A program made the translations under genes and the position numbers. From NCBI RefSeq assembly GCF_004010195.1, contig NC_057718.1:1564881-1618019 (forward strand): a stretch of 53,139 nt of DNA, in the 5' to 3' direction. Below, piece after piece: positions 11,448-24,054 of this stretch. The notes under the pieces are model-generated. The model worked only from the letters and a program-made list of their open reading frames with translations, was not told the origin of the DNA and ran no database searches. The DNA comes from Chiloscyllium plagiosum. Taxonomy: Eukaryota. Positions within the stretch are counted from its first letter, which is position 1; each line of letters opens with the position of its first letter.

Positions 11448-12968
11448 GTATTTGTTTCTGTTAGAGTGAAGGGTAAGGCTGGTGAAGGAACAATGGATGA
11501 ATAATGATATTGAGGTTCTAGTCAAGAATAAAAGAGAATCTTACTTTAGATATAGACAATATGGTTCAATTGAACCTCTTAATCAATATAAAAAGTGTAG
11601 GGCCATTCTTAAGAAAGAAATCCAGAAGGCAAAGAGGGATATGCGATAGCATTTGCAGAAAAGGTTAAGGATAATCCAAAGAGATTCGACAAATACATTC
11701 AAAGCAAAAGAGTAACTGGAGACAGGGAAGGACCTTTTAAAGATCAAGGAGGTCATCTTTGTGTTGAACCCCAGGAGATGGGAGAGATAATAAATGAATA
11801 TTTCACATCAGTTTTTACTGTGGAGAAAGAAATTGAGTCTGCAGAATACAGAGAAATAAACTTTAATGTTTTAAAAACAGTTCACATTACAGAAGATGTC
11901 TTAGACAATATAAAGGTGGATAAATCTCCACTACCTGATCTGATCTATCCCAGATTGTCGTGGGAAGTAAGGGAGGAAATTACGAGACCTCTTACAAAAA
12001 TGTTTGCATCATCTATAACCACAGGTGAAGTGCCTGATGACTGGCGGGTGACTAACGTTGTACCTTTGTTTAAGAAAGGTTTTAAGGATAAACCAGGAAA
12101 CTCTTGACCTGTGAGTCTGACTTCGGTGGGTAAATTGTTGGAGGTGATTATAAAAGATAGGATGCGTGGACATTTAGAGATGGAAAAATTGATTAGGGAT
12201 AGTCAGCATGGTTTTGTGTGAGGAAAATCATGTCTCACAAACTTGATTGAGCTTTTTTGCAGAAGTTACCAAAAAGGTTGATGATAGCAGAGCAGTAGAT
12301 ATTATTTGGACCTCAATAAAATATTTGACAAGATTCCACGTGGTAGACTACTTAGTAAAGTTACACTACATTGGGTTCAGGGTGAGCTTGCCAATTGGAT
12401 ACATAATTGGCTTCACAGCAGGAGACAGAGCGTAATGGTGGAGGGTTGCTTTTCAGACTGGAGACCTGTGACCAGTGGTATTCCACAGGGATTGGTTCTG
12501 GATCCTTTTTTGTTTGTCATTTATATAAATCATTTGGATGAGAATACAGAAGGCATGGTTAGTAAATTTGTGGATTACACCAAAATTGGTGGCATAGTAG
12601 AGAGTGAAGGAGATTTCTAAGTTTACAAAGGAATCTTAATCAAATGGGTCAATGGGCTGAAAAATGACAGAGGGAGTTCAATCTGGATAACTGCAAGGTA
12701 TTGCATTTTGGCACAACAAACAAGGGTAGAGCTTATACAATGAATGGTAGAACAGAGGGACCTAAGGGTACAGGTATATAATTCTTTAAAATTTGTGTCA
12801 CATATAGACAGAATGGTTCAGAAGGCATCTGGCATGATTGCCTTCACTGATCAGTCCTTGGAGTACAGGAGTTGGAACATTATGTTGAGATTGTACAGGA
12901 CATTGGTGAGGCCCCTTCTAGAATACTGTGTCCAGTTCTGGTTGCCTAGTTACAGGAAGGATATTATC

Positions 12969-13896
12969 ATGAGCAGATGAACAGACAGATCTCAGTGTCC
13001 AGGTGCATAAATCCCTGCAAGTTGCCACCCAGGTTGAGAGAGTTGCTAAGAAGGCTTACGATGTGTGGTGTTTATTGTTAAAAATCACACAACACCAGGT
13101 TATAGTCCAACAGGTTTAATTGGAAGCACACTAGCTTTTGGAGCGACGCTCCTTCATCAGGTGATTGATGAAGGAGCATCGCTCCGAAAGCTAGTGTGCT
13201 TCCAATTAAACCTGTTGGACTATAACCTGGTGTTGTGTGATTTTTAACTTTGTACACCCCAATCCAACACCGGCATCTCCGAATCATGATTGGTGTTTAT
13301 TGGTAGGGGGATTGAGTTTCAGAGCCACAAGGTCATGCTTCAGCTGTACAAGGCACTGGTAAGGCCACATTTGGAGTATGGCGTACAGTTCTGGTCACCG
13401 CATTATAGGAAGGATGTGGAAGCTTTGGAAAGGGTTCAGAGGAGATTTACTAGGATGTTGTCGGGTATGGAAGAAAGGTCTTACGAGGAAAAGCTGAGGG
13501 AACTAAGGCTGTTTTTGTTGGAGAGTAGAAGGTTGAGAGGTAACTTAATCGAGATGTATAAGATAATCAGAGGGTTAGATAGGATGGACAGTGAGAACCT
13601 TTTTCCTTGGATGGTGAAGGCTAACATGAGGGGACATTGCTTTAAATTGAGGGGTGATAGATTTAGGACAGATATCAGGGGAAATTTCTTTACTCAGAGA
13701 GTAGTAGGGGTGTGGAACGGCCTGCCTGCAACAGCAGTAGATTCGCCAACATTAAGAGCATTTAAATGGGCATTGGACATACATATGGATAATAATGGAA
13801 TGGTGTAGGTTAGATGGGCATCAGATTATGTTCACAGGTCAGCGTAACCTCGAGGGCTGAGGGCCTGTACTGCGCTGTAATGTTCTATGATCTATG
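12969..13896 (+). mobile_element. Nested 5'-truncated CR1 3' end (same subfamily as 581-1560 and 26000-30097)
   Basis: ORF LYKALVRPHLEYGVQFWSPHYRKDVEALERVQRRF…WNGLP plus a 3' tail. It splits the host at RKDII|KLHR. Confidence 0.88.
13078..13290 (+). mobile_element. Fold-back PLE end (family B)
   Basis: Arms at ~13077-13159 and 13166-13248 with a ~42-nt tail. TSD tggtgtttattg at 13066-13077 and 13291-13302. Degenerate hammerheads (TGATGA-a-ggagc..gctcc-GAAA-g-CTA) sit at the hairpin apex. Confidence 0.9.
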
Positions 13897-14150
13897 TAAG
13901 CTGCACAGGATTCAGAAGAGATTTCCCAGGATGTTTCTGGGTATGGGAGGCTTGAGTTATAAAGAAAGGGTGGATAGGCTGGGACCTTTTTCAACCTTTT
14001 TCTGTGGAGTATAGGAGGTTGAGAGGTGACCTGATAGAAGTTTGTAAAATAATGAGAGGTATGGATAGGGTTAATGGTAATTGTCTTCTCTCTTTGATAG
14101 GAAAATTCAAGACTAGGCGGCACATTTTTAAGGTGAGAGGAGAGAGATTT

Positions 14151-14296
14151 TTAGATTAGATTCCCTACAGTGTGGAAACAGGCCCTTCAGCCCAACAAGT
14201 CCACACCGACCTTCCGAAGTGTAACCCACCCAGACCCATTTCCCCCTGACTAATGCACCTAACACTATGGGCAATTTAGCATGGCCAATTCATCAG
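14151..14296 (-). mobile_element. HE1-type SINE 3' fragment
   Basis: ttagattagattccctacagtgtggaaacaggccc…gggcaatttagcatggccaattc. Confidence 0.8.
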
Positions 14297-15499
14297 AAAT
14301 CATAGAGTGTTTGTGGGTAGAGTTGAGGAACTGAAATGGAAAAAAGGATCCTGACGGGCCTTATGACCAGGCTTCCCAACAGTAGTCAGGTTGTGGGGCA
14401 GAAAATAAATTAGGAGATGGAAACAACATGTAAGAAAGGCACTGTTGTAAGACTCATGACAGACTGGGAAAATCAGGTTAGTAGTAGATCCCAAGAAAAG
14501 GAATTCGTGGAATGATTGGAACAATATCAGCCAGGTAGACCTCATAGAATATGAGTTCCCTGACTGGGATTTTTAACCTGATCCAACTGGGGAGTCCTGG
14601 CTGACAAGCTTGATCCTGGTTTCTGTGCTCAAAGTTTAGAGTGGGACTTGAATTCATAACCTTCTGAAATGATCTAAGGCTAACAAAATTAGATAATAGA
14701 AAGATGATAAAAGTAAATTTATATTCTTACTTTAGTATCCCAAGATAGCAAGAATAGGATAAAAAACAAATTCAGATCCAATAAACATTATCAGACAACA
14801 AATTGTCAGTATAATCGAGAACAATTGTGGTTTTAAAACACAAATTAATGGGACTGAAGAAATTAGCTTCATTGGATTAAATTAATTTATGTAGTTAGCT
14901 GGAGACAGTACTAATTAAAATCATAACTGAATTTCTGCACAGGTTATATGATTTTCAATATACACCTGGATATCAGATAATAGTGAAAAGCTGTCCAAAT
15001 CAAAAGGAAGTCCATTATGCTGGACTCACATTTAAAATATTAAGAAAAATGTTGTTAAAGTTGATCTATTTTAATTAAGGAAATTCAACTAAAGACGGTT
15101 GTGAAACTCGAGTGGATTTATTGCATGCCATTCCTTTTAAAGTGTTTATTATACTTGGGTTAAACAAACCATCCAGAGGTCAAGGAGCAGCTGCATACAT
15201 AATCGCGTTGTCTTTTCCCAGTCTATTGATAAAAAGTAAAATATCCAAGTTGCGTAAGACATGATCAAAAATATATAGCTGACAATAGTATCTCTAAGTT
15301 CCATTTGGAGAGTGGACCTCAGAGGTCCATGTGTGGCATTGACCTCCTAAATCATAGGTCAGAGGTTATTCTGTCAGCACTGGTATTTGCAGAACCTCAT
15401 AGGAACCTTGGAGCAGTGGTTGCACAGCTTAAAAGGAGCATTGGCTGAAGTCTCTTTTCAATATATTTTCAAATCAACCTGTTCGGAAGTTATTACAAA

Positions 15500-15805
15500 G
15501 CACGGTGGCTCAGTGGCTAGCACTGCTGGGACCTAGGTTTGATTCCAGCCTTGGGTGACTGACATTCTCCCTGTATCTATGTGGGTTTCCTCCAGGTGCT
15601 CCGGTTTCCACCCGCAGTCCAAAAATATGCAGGTTAGGCAGATTGACCGTGATAGATAGCCCTGTAGTGTCCAGGATGTGCAAGGTAGGTGGAGAAGGCT
15701 TAGTAAATGTGGAGTTACAGGAAGATGGTGCCGGCTGGATCTGGTTGAGGTGCTCTTCGGAGAGTTAGTGTAGACTCAATGGGCTGAAGGGATTCTATGA
15801 TTCTG
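15500..15805 (+). mobile_element. HE1/V-SINE (older copy)
   Basis: A box tggctcagtgg, B-box-like ggtttgattcc and V domain gtgggtttcctcc…aggttagg. Confidence 0.8.
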
Positions 15806-16199
15806 TCTCTGGGCAGGTGGGACTTGAACCCAGGCTTGTACAATAACATAAAACAATTTGCACAGTATATCAAGTCAACGATATATACCATAAATTGTCA
15901 AAACGTGTATCATTTCATTTTGTTGCCTTGTCAATACAAGAAATCAGTTTATTTCCTCATTATATCACCAACCTAACCTCAAGATTTCAAAACAAATACA
16001 CTATGATTCCCACAGGATAATCAATTCAAATCACTAATGATCACATCATAGATTTCAATCATTTCATCAGCTTTTCAGTTGGAGGAGAGAAAATGCCTAA
16101 CCTCAACAGCTCTAATGGTGTTGCCAAATCTCCGCCTGAAGCATTACACTTTGCACAATAAGCCCGAACTCAGGGTTTTTTTGTATTGGAGAAATCAAG

Positions 16200-16540
16200 G
16201 ACTTGATGTGCATATACATCCCTGAAGGTAACAGGGCAGGTGGATAAAGTGGTTAAGAAAACATATGGTATTCTTGCCTTGATTAGTCAAGGCATAGAGT
16301 TTAAGAGCTGGAAGGTCATGCTGGTAGGATATAAAATGTTGTTTAGGCCACAGCTAGAGTATTGTACACATTTCTGGAATCCATATTATAGAAGCAATGT
16401 GATAGCACTGGAGCGTGTGCAGATGAGACTGAACAGGATGTTGCCTGGGTTGTAGAGTTTCAATTATGAAGCAAGATTGATCAGACTGGGGTTGATTTCC
16501 TTAGAACAGAGCAGATTGAGAGGGAACATGTTTGAACGTG
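16200..16540 (+). mobile_element. CR1 3' fragment (continues at ~19400-19720)
   Basis: VVKKTYGILALISQGIEFKS…RPQLEYC…ALERVQ. The remainder (FFTQ..VGIW) follows the minus-strand insert. Confidence 0.75.
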
Positions 16541-19265
16541 GAACATAGAAAAGTACAGCACAGAACAAACCCTCTAGCCCACAATGTTGTGCCGAGGATT
16601 AATCCTAATCTAAAATAAAATAACCTAACCTACGCACCCCTCAATTCATTGCTATCCATGTGCATGTCCAGCAGTCGCTTAAATGTCCCCAATGACTCTG
16701 CTTCCACCACCACCGTGGGAAATGCATTCCATACATTCACAACTGTCTGCGTAAAGAACCTACCTCTGATGTCTCCTCTATACCTTCCTCCTAACACCTT
16801 AAAGCTATGACCACTTATGCCAGTCAATCCTGCCCTGGGAAACGTCTCTGGCTATTGACTCTATCCATACCTCTCATTACCTTGTACACCTCGATCAGGT
16901 CTCTTCTTTTCCTCCTTCTCTCCAGAGAGAAAAGTCTGAGCTTTGTCAACCTCTCTTCATAAGACAAACCCTCCAGTCAAGGCAGCATCCTGGTAAACCT
17001 TCTTTGCACCCTCTCTAAAGCCTCCATATCTTTCCTATAGTAGGACGACCAGAACTGGACACAATATTCCAAGTGTGGTCTCACCAGGGTTTTGTAGAGC
17101 TGCAGAAAAACCTTGTGGCTCTTAAACTCGATATCCCTGTTAATGAAATGCTTTAAGCATCCATCTACTTTCTTAATAACCCTATCCACGTGGGTGGCAA
17201 CTTTGAGGGATCTATGTACTTGAATCCCGCTGTTCCTCCACACTGCCAAGAATCCTGTCTTTAATCCTATATTCAGCATTCGAGTTTGACCTTCCAAAAT
17301 GCATCACTTCACATTTATCCAGGTGGAACTCCATCTGGCATTTCTCAGCCCAGCTCTGCATCCTGTCTACGTCGCACTGCAGTCTGCAGTAGCCCTCAAT
17401 ACTATCAACACCTCCAACCTTTGTGTCATCACCCACCCCTCAACCTCCTCATCCATGTCATTTATAAACTCTACAAAGAGCAGAGGCTCAAGAACAGGTC
17501 CCTGTGGGACACCACTCACCACTGACCTCAAGGTGGAATACTTTCCATCTACGACAACTCTCAGCCTTCTGTCAGCTAGCCAATTCTGAATCCAGATAGC
17601 CAAATCTCCCTGTATCCTATACTTCCTGATTTTATGAATGAGCCTACCATGGGAACCTTATCAAATGCCTTGCTGAAGTCTATATACACCACATCCACTG
17701 CCCGACCTTCGTCAATCTATCTCATCACCTCCTCAAAGAATTCAAGATTAGTGAGGCAAGACCTGCCCCTCACAAAGCCATGCTGACTGCCTTTAATCAT
17801 GCTATGCTTTTCCAAATAGTTATAAATCCTATCCCTCAGAATTCTTTCCAAAATATTGCTGACCAGAGATGTAAGACTGACTGGTCTGTAGTTGCCAGGG
17901 ATTTCCCTATTACCTTTCTTGAAAAGAGGAACAACATTCGCCTCCCTCCAATCCTCCAATACGATTCCCGTGGAGAGTGAGGAAGCAAAGATCTTCACCA
18001 GCAGCTTAGCAACCTCCTTTCTCGCTTCCCAGAGCAGCATGGGATAAATCAGGTCTGGCCCTGGGGACTTATCAATCTTAATGTTTGCCAAAATTTTCAG
18101 CACATCAACTTCATCAATCTCGATCTGTATCCCAGCTCCTCAAAGTTCTCATTCACCAAGGTCCCTTTCCTTAGTGAAAATCAAAGCAAAAACCTCATTT
18201 AGGGCTTCCCCTATCTGCTCAAACTCCACGCACAAGTTCCCTACACTATCCCTGATTGGCCCAACCTTCTCCCTGATCATTCTCTTATTCCTCACGTATG
18301 AGTAAAATGCCTTTGGGTTCTCACTAAACCTTCTTGCCAAGCCTTTTTTGTGCTCTCTCCTGGCTCTCCTCAGTCCATTTCTGAGCTCCTTTCTAGTAAG
18401 CCTGTAATCCTCTAAAGCTGTGCTAGATCCTTCCTTCCTCCACCTTACAAAAGCTGCCTTCTTCCTTTTGATGAGAAGCTCCTCTGTTCTCGTCATCCAA
18501 GGTTCCTTAATCTTACCCCTTCTTGCCTGTCTCAGTGGAACAAATTTGTGCATCACTCGCAAGAACTGCTCCTTAAACAGTCTCCACACGTCTGCTGTGC
18601 CCTTTCTGTGGAACAATTGCTCCCAATCTGTACTTCCCAACTCCTGTCTGATAGCGTCATAATTTCCTTTTCCTCAATTAAATATCTTCCCTTGGTAACT
18701 GCTCCTTTCCCTCTCCAAGGCTGTGGTAAACGTGAGGCAGTTATGGTCATTGTCACTAAAGTGTTCTACCACCGCGAGATTTGTTACCTGTCCTGGTTCA
18801 TTGCCGAGCACCAAATCCAAAATGGCCTCCCCCCTCGTCGGCCTGTCTACATACTGAGTAAGGAAACCCTCCTGAACACACCTGACAAAAACAGCTCCAT
18901 CCAAACCACCTGCACTAAGGAGGTTGCAGTCAATATTGGGAAAGTTGAAGTCACCCATAACAACAACCCTGCTATATCTGCATTTTTCCAGAATCTGCCA
19001 GCTTATGAGTTCTTCGATCCCCCTACTGCAATGAGGGTGTCTGTAGAAAACCCCCAGTGAGGTGGCTGCTCCCTTGATGTTCCTAACTTCCACCCATATT
19101 GACTCAGTAGAGAAACCTTCCTCAACAACCTTCATTTCTGTAGCTATGACGCACTCTCTGATTAGCAATGCAACACCCCCTCCTCTTTTTCTGCCCTCCC
19201 TGTTCTTTTTAAACATTCTAAACCCTGGAACATCTAGCAACTATTCCTGCCCCTGGGTCACAACA
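16541..19265 (-). mobile_element. CR1 LINE ORF2 (EN-RT), frameshifted, 5' truncated
   Basis: GGGVALL…MGDFNFP…LDLVL (EN), NYRPVSLTS…QHGF and GVPQGPVLEPLLF (RT), plus a 3' tail. Confidence 0.92.
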
Positions 19266-20121
19266 TCATAGTCCAATGGCTGATCCCAACTTGGCCTCAA
19301 CTTCATTTTCCTGCCTGCCCTCCCATAATCCTTCAACCGAGTTTTAATTAAAAATCCTTTATCTCCTCCTTACATTTACTCAATGTCCAAAGATATAGTT
19401 TGAGATGGACAAAATTATGAGGGGGATAGATAGGGTAGACAGGGAGGAGTTGATGGAGTGATCAATGATTGGGGGCATAGATTTAACATAAGGGACAGAT
19501 TTTGAAGAGATATGAGAAAAATCTTTTTCACTCAGAGTTTGGTGGGAATCTGGAGCTCACTGCTTGTGAAATGGTGGAGACAGAATCCCTCATAACATTG
19601 AAATAGTATTAAGGTGTGCACTTGCGATGCCGAGGCACACAAGGCTATGGATCAAGTGCTGGGCAATGGGATTGGAATGATTCGGTACCTGTTTCTAACA
19701 AGCGCAGATGTGATATTGATCTTTATGACAACACATTTCAATATGTTATGATTTTTACCAAATTTTTCCTCCGATTCTATTTTAATAATAATGCTTAATT
19801 CAGGTTTTCATCCACAAGACTAAACTTCTAATCTTTGGATTTTATGATATTAAGTCCATACTGAAGCAGCCCTATGAATGTTATGATTCATGTTAGTTAA
19901 ACTATTCTTGAAAACAAACTCATAAGCATTTATTCAATTTTTAACCTTCTATGTAAGATGGTCTAGTTATTTAGCTTATTCATTGCTTAAACCTACTTGC
20001 CACTGCTTTTCAGAAGAACTTAGTAGGAGGAAGACCAGTTTTGAAAGTGGTATTGAGATGAAAATATATAATTCAAACTGCAAATATGATAGAATATTCC
20101 ACAGGTTACAGTGCAGCATAG

Positions 20122-20837
20122 TGTTATGAAGTTGTAGGTATGTACTGTACCTTTAAGAGAGTTGCAAAGCTGGCAAACCTGTCATGTGACTGACTGCAAT
20201 CACAGAGTGTGCTGAAAAATTTAAAAATGTAACATTTAGCTGTGAAATAAATAGCTGAGTTGAGTTGTTATGTCCCACAACAATTCAAATTTAGCCAATC
20301 AGTTTAAATTATGCCCCAAGATACCAAAACCCAATTGAATTTGAATTTTACTGGTTTGACGACATCAAACCAATGAGGCAATCTGATGTTTTGGGGAATA
20401 AAAATCAGGCATTTTGAACAGTTAGCCAGAGAAGCAAAGAGCACCAATACAGACTGCCCACAGACCCCCTCTCTGAAAGGTACATTTATCAGTGAATGAC
20501 CTGTGCAACAGAAGACCAAAGAAAAGACACCAGAAAGTCTACACAGGAAGATTGACAGCTGGCTGGTTTTGTAACTTGATTTTTTTGTAAATCTTAATTG
20601 GGGTTTTTTTTGGATCAGTATATTGTAAAGTGAGAGGTAAATGGAGGCTTACAGTGTAAATAGCTGTTGTTTAATGTTCTCTTTTCTTGGATGTTAAAGA
20701 ATAAACTGTTATTTTTTTTCTTTAATTAGTGGGATTTGGGTAGTTCTTTGTTACTCATACTTAACAGATTACCAGGTGAGGTGAGCTTTTCTGTGGGTCT
20801 GGTTTAAATTTGCAGAAAGATTTACTGGGTCATAACA
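20122..20837 (+). mobile_element. Solo LTR (716 bp), probably Gypsy-type
   Basis: Termini TGTTATGA…TCATAACA form a perfect 8-bp inverted repeat. The 4-bp TSD ATAG is at 20118-20121 and 20838-20841. Internal CCAAT boxes and AATAAA at ~20700. Confidence 0.8.
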
Positions 20838-21070
20838 ATAGCCAGATGGACAGAAATTGCTTCTATTCACTACGACAGTTTATGAATTGAGATGATTTCT
20901 TAAATCAGTGCTGATAAAGGAAAAGCTTTGCCTTACAACGTAGTGATACAATCACTTTCAAAAATCTTCATTGTATCAATATAATGTTTTGGCAGGAATT
21001 AGAGAAATTCATGTTTACTAAAACTCTACAGTAGTTACGTTAACCTAACATGTGATCTTTGTGCATTTTT

Positions 21071-21120
21071 CATTTCTTATTTAGATCTAATTAAGCATTT
21101 CTTATTTAGATCTAATCAAG
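21071..21120. repeat. 25-bp tandem duplication
   Basis: catttcttatttagatctaat(t/c)aag x2. Confidence 0.85.
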
Positions 21121-22117
21121 TCCAGGTTGTTTTACTTAGCAACTTGCAAAACTAGTGACTAAAGTTCAATCATCTTACATTTTCATAAGCACTCTGAAAT
21201 AAGCCTGCAAGTAAACTTCACCTACGAATGAAGTCTCCTATGTTATAGCAACAATTAAGCTATACAGGAGCTTCCTTTGATTTAAAGCTATGATGTGTTG
21301 AGGTCATGAATGGGTGTTGTATACATGCAAGTTATTTATTTCCAAAAGTACTATTTACTATTAATCACAACTTTCATGCATTATCTGTGCCACTTTATTG
21401 GATCAATGACATTCAAACTACAATACATATAGTTTTTAGAGTCTTTAAGAGGGAGGTGGGGAAAGAGTAGATCAGGAGTTTTGCCTGATTGTTGTCCTGG
21501 TCTTCTTGACATCGAGTATAGACAATGGATGTTCAGTTAGTCTAATGCATCCTTTGCTTAAATAGCTTGCCAACATTCATCAATGAGGATGTACGCTTAG
21601 AGAAGGGGCTACTGGTTTACATCAAACTCAAAATATACCATGTACTTTTAATTGGAATAGGGCAATGGGATAGAACAAACCTTACTGAAAACTGGAAGCT
21701 CATTTCACTAGAATGAAACATCCAATTTTAAGAATACAAATAGAATTTATGGGTGGCTGTTGTACCCTTTTGTCTCTTTTGTGTAAAGCATACTCTCAAA
21801 TCCACTGTGCTGATCTTTTGATCTATTCTGGATGCTACATGGGTAGAGATGAAAAGGCATTGGAGTGAAATAATCTATTATAGTTGCTATTGTAAACCAA
21901 TCATTTAATAACTGCTACCAGTAGATTTCTAAAAGCAAGCCTGTGCTTGCTTATTTTACAAATAAGTTTGATTTGAATTGATCTAATAAGCATTATGCCA
22001 CCAAACCAGTAAATCAATGCTGTTGATATCACTCAGCATTGCAAACCAATCATCTAGCCAACTGAGTTAACCGACCCCCCCAAAGACAGGTGAATCAGGT
22101 ACCTTCTCACTGCTATC

Positions 22118-24025
22118 AAAGAACAAAGAACAAAGAAAATTTACAGCTCAGGAACAGGCCCTTCGGCTCTCCAAGCCTGAGCCAATCCAAATCTACTGTC
22201 TAAACCTGTCGCCCAATTCCTAAGCATCTGTATCCCTCTGCTCCCCACCTTCTCATCTGTCCAGACCCATCTTAAATGAATCTACCGTGCCTGTCTCTAC
22301 AACCTCTGTTGGCAACGTGATCCAAACACCCACCACCCTCTGTGTGAAGTACTTGCCGCATGTATCCCCCTTAAACTTTCCACCTCTCACCTTGAAAGCG
22401 TGACCTCTTGTTATTGAATCCTTTACCCTGGGAAAAAGCATGTCTCTATCCACACTTTCTATCCCCTTTATGATTTTGTAAACCTCAATCAGGTCCCCCC
22501 TCAATCTCCTTTTTTCTAATGAAAACAAACCTAACCTACTCAACCTCTCTTCATAGCTAGCACCTTCCATACCAGGCAACATTCTCATAAACCTTCTCTG
22601 CACCCTCTCCAAAGCGTCCACATCCTTTTGGTAATGTGGCGACCAGAACTGTACACAGTATTCTAAATGCAGCCAAACCAATGTCTTGCACAATTTTAAC
22701 ATGACCTGCCAGCTCTTATACTCAATATTGAACTCCATCTGCCACTTTTCCGCCTAACTCTCCAGTCTATCTATATCCTCCTGTATTCTCTGACAGTCCC
22801 TGCTTTCTGCTACTCCACCAATCTTCGTGTCATCTGCAAACTTGCTGATCATACCAACAGTGCCCTCTTCCAGATCATTCATGTATATCACAAACAACAG
22901 TGACCCCAACACTGACCCCTGCGGAACACCACTGGTCACCTTTCTCCATTTCGAGAAACTCCCTTCAACTACTACTCTCTGTCTCCTGTTGCTCAACCAG
23001 TTCTTTATGCACCTAGTCAGAATACCCTGCACACCATATGACTTCACTTTCTCCATTAGTCTACCACGGGGAACCTTATCGAACACCTTACTACAGTCCA
23101 TGTATATGACATCAACGGCCCTTTCTTCATCTATCAACTTGGTCACTTCCTCAAAGAACTCTATTAACTTTAGAAGGCACGATCTCCTCCGCACAAAACC
23201 ATGTTGCCTATCACTGATAAGCCCATTCTTTTCTAAATATAAATAGATCCTATCCCTCAGTACCTTCTCCAGCAACCTTCCCACCACTGACGTCAGGCTC
23301 TCTGGTCTGTAGTTACCCGGAATATCCCTACTACCCTTCTTGTACAGGGGGACAAGATGAGCAACCCTCCAGTCCTCCGGCACCTCACTTGTGTTTAAGG
23401 ATGCCACAAAGATATCTGTCAGGGCCCCAGCTATTTCCTCTCTCGCCTCCCTCAGCACTCTGGGATAGATCCCATCCAGTCCTGGGGATTTGTCCACCTT
23501 AATAACCTCTTGTCTACCCAACACATCTTCCCTTCTTATGTCAACATGATCCAGACTAATCAAACTTCTATCTCTAATCTCAAGATTCATCATACAATGA
23601 AAGCAAATTACTGCAGATGCTGGAATCTAAAACCAAAAGACCAAAATGCTGGAAGATCTCAGCAGGTCTGGCAGCATCTGTAAGGAGAGAAAAGAGCTGA
23701 CCCTTTGACAAAGGGTCAGTTAGACTCGAAACATCAGCTCTTTTCTCTCCTTACAGATGCTGCCAGACCTGCTGAGATTTTCCAGCATTTTCTCATTTGG
23801 TTCAAGATTCCATCATGTTCCTCTCCTCAGTGAACACTGAGGCAAAGTAATCATTCAGAATCTCACCCATTCTCTCAGGTTCAACACACAGCCTTCCTTC
23901 ATTATCCTTTAGTGGACCAATCCTTTCTCTAGTTACCCGCTTGCTTCTTATATAAGAATAAAGTGCTTTGGGATTCTCCTTAATTCTGCTCGCTAACGCT
24001 ATTTCATGACCTCTTTTAGCCCATG
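22118..24025 (-). mobile_element. CR1 LINE RT/3' end, 5' truncated, internal deletion near 22730
   Basis: 279-aa RT ORF with GVPQGSVLG…FADD. The 3' end appears as (aaagaac)n repeats on the + strand. Confidence 0.92.
23594..23801 (-). mobile_element. Fold-back PLE end (family D)
   Basis: Arms aaccaaa…aagagctga / tcagctctt…tttggtt with a ~37-nt tail on the left. TSD tcaagattc(c)atcat at 23580-23593 and 23802-23816. Degenerate hammerhead tgacaaa-gggtc(agtta)gactc-GAAA-c-ATC. Confidence 0.85.
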
Positions 24026-24054
24026 TTGGCCTGAAGAACAAGATGGTTTATCAA

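Larger units (their letters stand above)
9000..14150 (+). mobile_element. Near full-length decayed CR1 LINE (ORF1 SGNH esterase + ORF2) with nested inserts
   Basis: ORF1 IIVIGDSPIRGTDKRFCG…VVHVGKND. ORF2 starts at ~9845 (LNCIYFTASGLR), with RT GIPQGLVLDPFLF…FVDY. The C-terminus resumes at ~13897. Confidence 0.9.
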
